This document shows, one piece after another, positions 37,012-38,361 of a DNA stretch of 38,361 nt (position 1 is its first letter; each line of letters starts with the position of its first letter). The DNA is from Bacteroidota bacterium (GTDB lineage: Bacteria > Bacteroidota > Bacteroidia > Flavobacteriales > Flavobacteriaceae): contig SMXJ01000035.1 of NCBI GenBank assembly GCA_004356305.1, positions 1 to 38,361 of the forward strand, in the 5' to 3' direction. The notes below the pieces were generated by a model, which saw nothing but the letters and a program-made list of their open reading frames with translations, was not told where the DNA came from and did not search any database. The position numbers and the translations under genes are program-made.

Positions 37012-37119
37012 CGTGGATTATGAAGGGCTAAAAATACGATTTGAAATGACGTGGAATTGTTAAGACACTATTAAATAAATCGAACTCAAAAGATGTACTG
37101 ATTTTAATTGAGTTAATGT

Positions 37120-37149
37120 TTTGAAGTACCTAAAATAGATTTATATTTG
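37120..37149 (+). promoter_or_regulatory. tRNA promoter (-33 TTTG / -7 TATATTTG)
   Basis: TTTG at 37120-37123 and TATATTTG at 37142-37149, 18 nt apart, about 60 nt upstream of the tRNA. Confidence 0.7.
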
Positions 37150-37208
37150 CACCCTCCTACACAAAATATGTTGAAGGTTACAGTCCTCAAAGTGCTGTTT
37201 TATTGTAA

Positions 37209-37281
<73 letters not shown>

Positions 37282-37291
37282 CAATAAATAC

Positions 37292-37318
37292 AAACCCACT
37301 CACTTGAGTGGGTTTTTT
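37292..37318 (+). terminator. Rho-independent terminator after tRNA-Phe
   Basis: AAACCCACTCA-CT-TGAGTGGG-TTTTTT. Confidence 0.8.
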
Positions 37319-37444
37319 ATTTGAAGCATGCAAGTAAAGTCGGCTTTATGAAGTATGTGAGAATAAAAAACCCACAGCTGAAAGCTTTGTGGTTTGTATT
37401 TTGACTTTCGGAGCCAAAGGAACAATTTGCAAAGCGAATTGAAC

Positions 37445-37459
37445 CCTGGAGGTACCACA
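37445..37459 (+). repeat. 15-bp direct repeat of the tRNA-Phe 3' end (att-like)
   Basis: CCTGGAGGTACCACA is identical to 37269-37283, 176 bp downstream. Confidence 0.9.
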
Positions 37460-37463
37460 TAGA

Positions 37464-37502
37464 AAAACCGTAATTAGTTTATTTATAGACTTTTACGGTT
37501 TT
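37464..37502 (+). terminator. Second terminator-like inverted repeat after the duplicated tRNA end
   Basis: AAAACCGTAA (37464-37473) pairs with TTACGGTTTT (37493-37502), followed by a T-rich tail. Confidence 0.6.
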
Positions 37503-37651
37503 GTTGTTTTAAATATTGTACGATTAATGTACGGTATGGATTAATTACCTCATCTTTTGGAATCTTTTCAGTCAATTACCATGCATAAAAAATTGTTACT
37601 CATAATTACTGTAATTCATTAATAATTGTACTTTTGCGCAAAATTTTTGAC

Positions 37652-38011
37652 ATGAAAATTACTCGTTTACTATTAATCATTTACTGTATTACTCTCCTTT
37701 TTTCTTCTTGTAACAGTGATGACGATCTAACCTGTATAAATCCGAAAGGGCTTAAAATCTCAGACATTAGATCAGATGGCATAACCATTCGCTGGAGGCT
37801 GTGGCGAAATGCAGACAGTTATACCATCGAATATGGTCTTTTAGATTTTGAATTTGGCACTGGTACCCGTAGACTCACAGTCGACCCGGTTTTATTTATT
37901 CATGGCCTCCAACCTAACACTAGATACGAATTCTACTTAAGGTCCAATTGTTCAGTTGGTGATGCACAAGAATTTAACGGTCCCAATTCTTTCCTAACAC
38001 TAGAAGAATAA
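37652..38011 (+). CDS. Fibronectin type III-domain lipoprotein
   Basis: Lipobox FSSC then NSDDD; FN3 pattern P.GL..ITIRW..YTIEYG..GLQPNTRYEFYLRS.C; -7 box TACTTTTG at 37629-37636 supports the ATG at 37652. Confidence 0.8.
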   Translation: MKITRLLLIIYCITLLFSSCNSDDDLTCINPKGLKISDIRSDGITIRWRLWRNADSYTIEYGLLDFEFGTGTRRLTVDPVLFIHGLQPNTRYEFYLRSNCSVGDAQEFNGPNSFLTLEE

Positions 38012-38147
38012 TAGTATTTTATATCTACTCATTTTATTGCCAGGTTTAACGTTCATTTAAATTTCATCTTTACAACTCTTTTCAGCACTCAATTCACTTA
38101 ACAATCTCCACGCTGAATTATAGCTATTGTTGTGGAACGTATTTATA

Positions 38148-38361
38148 TTATTGCAACACAACTTTAACCACTACATATTGCTTTGGGGTAGTGAGCCGGA
38201 CAAAATAAATACCTGATGACAATTCATCTCCATTGGTTTTTTCCCCGTTCCAAGGAATAGATTGGTCACCTGAAACCATCCCGTCCAAAAGGGTGTATAT
38301 TTTTCTACCGTGAATATCGATGACCTCCAACAATACATCTACAGGTTCTTCCAGCCTAAAA
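38148..38361 (-). CDS. C-terminal end of a T9SS-secreted protein (type A sorting domain, FlgD-Ig-like); partial
   Basis: Frame is open to the window end: FRLEEPVDVLLEVIDIHGRKIYTLLDG..WNGEKTNGDELSSGIYFVRL..VKVVLQ*. Confidence 0.85.
   Translation of the reverse strand, partial: FRLEEPVDVLLEVIDIHGRKIYTLLDGMVSGDQSIPWNGEKTNGDELSSGIYFVRLTTPKQYVVVKVVLQ

Noticed and set aside
2070-37063. TTAACA/TGTTAA hexamer recurring in divergent promoter regions (2070, 14843, 26487, 26545, 26854, 37058)
   Set aside because: A rough estimate for AT-rich intergenic DNA gives several chance hits, so six is not convincing without a genome-wide test.

Overview
A gene-dense, mostly core-genome window from a Flavobacteriaceae (Bacteroidota) chromosome. 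The assignment rests on TAnnTTTG-type promoter boxes, an exosortase XrtF pair, a T9SS C-terminal domain and mevalonate-pathway genes. From left to right it holds: a partial acetolactate-decarboxylase-like lipoprotein, a DUF3347 lipoprotein, the xrtF pair, a GAF/fRMsr protein, a MacB/FtsX permease, purH, mreBCD-mrdA-rodA, a DppC-like permease, the tail-specific protease, surE-hyp-lpxB, NlpC/P60, comEC, two tandem exported thioredoxins, two tandem POT peptide transporters plus DPP-IV, class II HMG-CoA reductase with a GYDIA-type GHMP kinase, the coaX-OMP-TPR-lptC-hyp-CNNM-ppiD run, tRNA-Phe(GAA), and the start of an AT-rich accessory-looking region. The unusual signals are non-coding. (1) At 26567-26729 six 13-bp units abut five 17-bp units, perfect at the junction and decaying outward, which is the pattern expected from a 30-bp palindromic element repeatedly inserting into its own centre. 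(2) At 37269-37459 a 176-bp-period module is bounded by a duplicated tRNA 3' end and folds into mutually exclusive terminator and long-rod structures. (3) There are scattered REP-like palindromes and heptamer-period tracts in intergenic spaces. All product calls come from motif recognition by eye; no searches were run.
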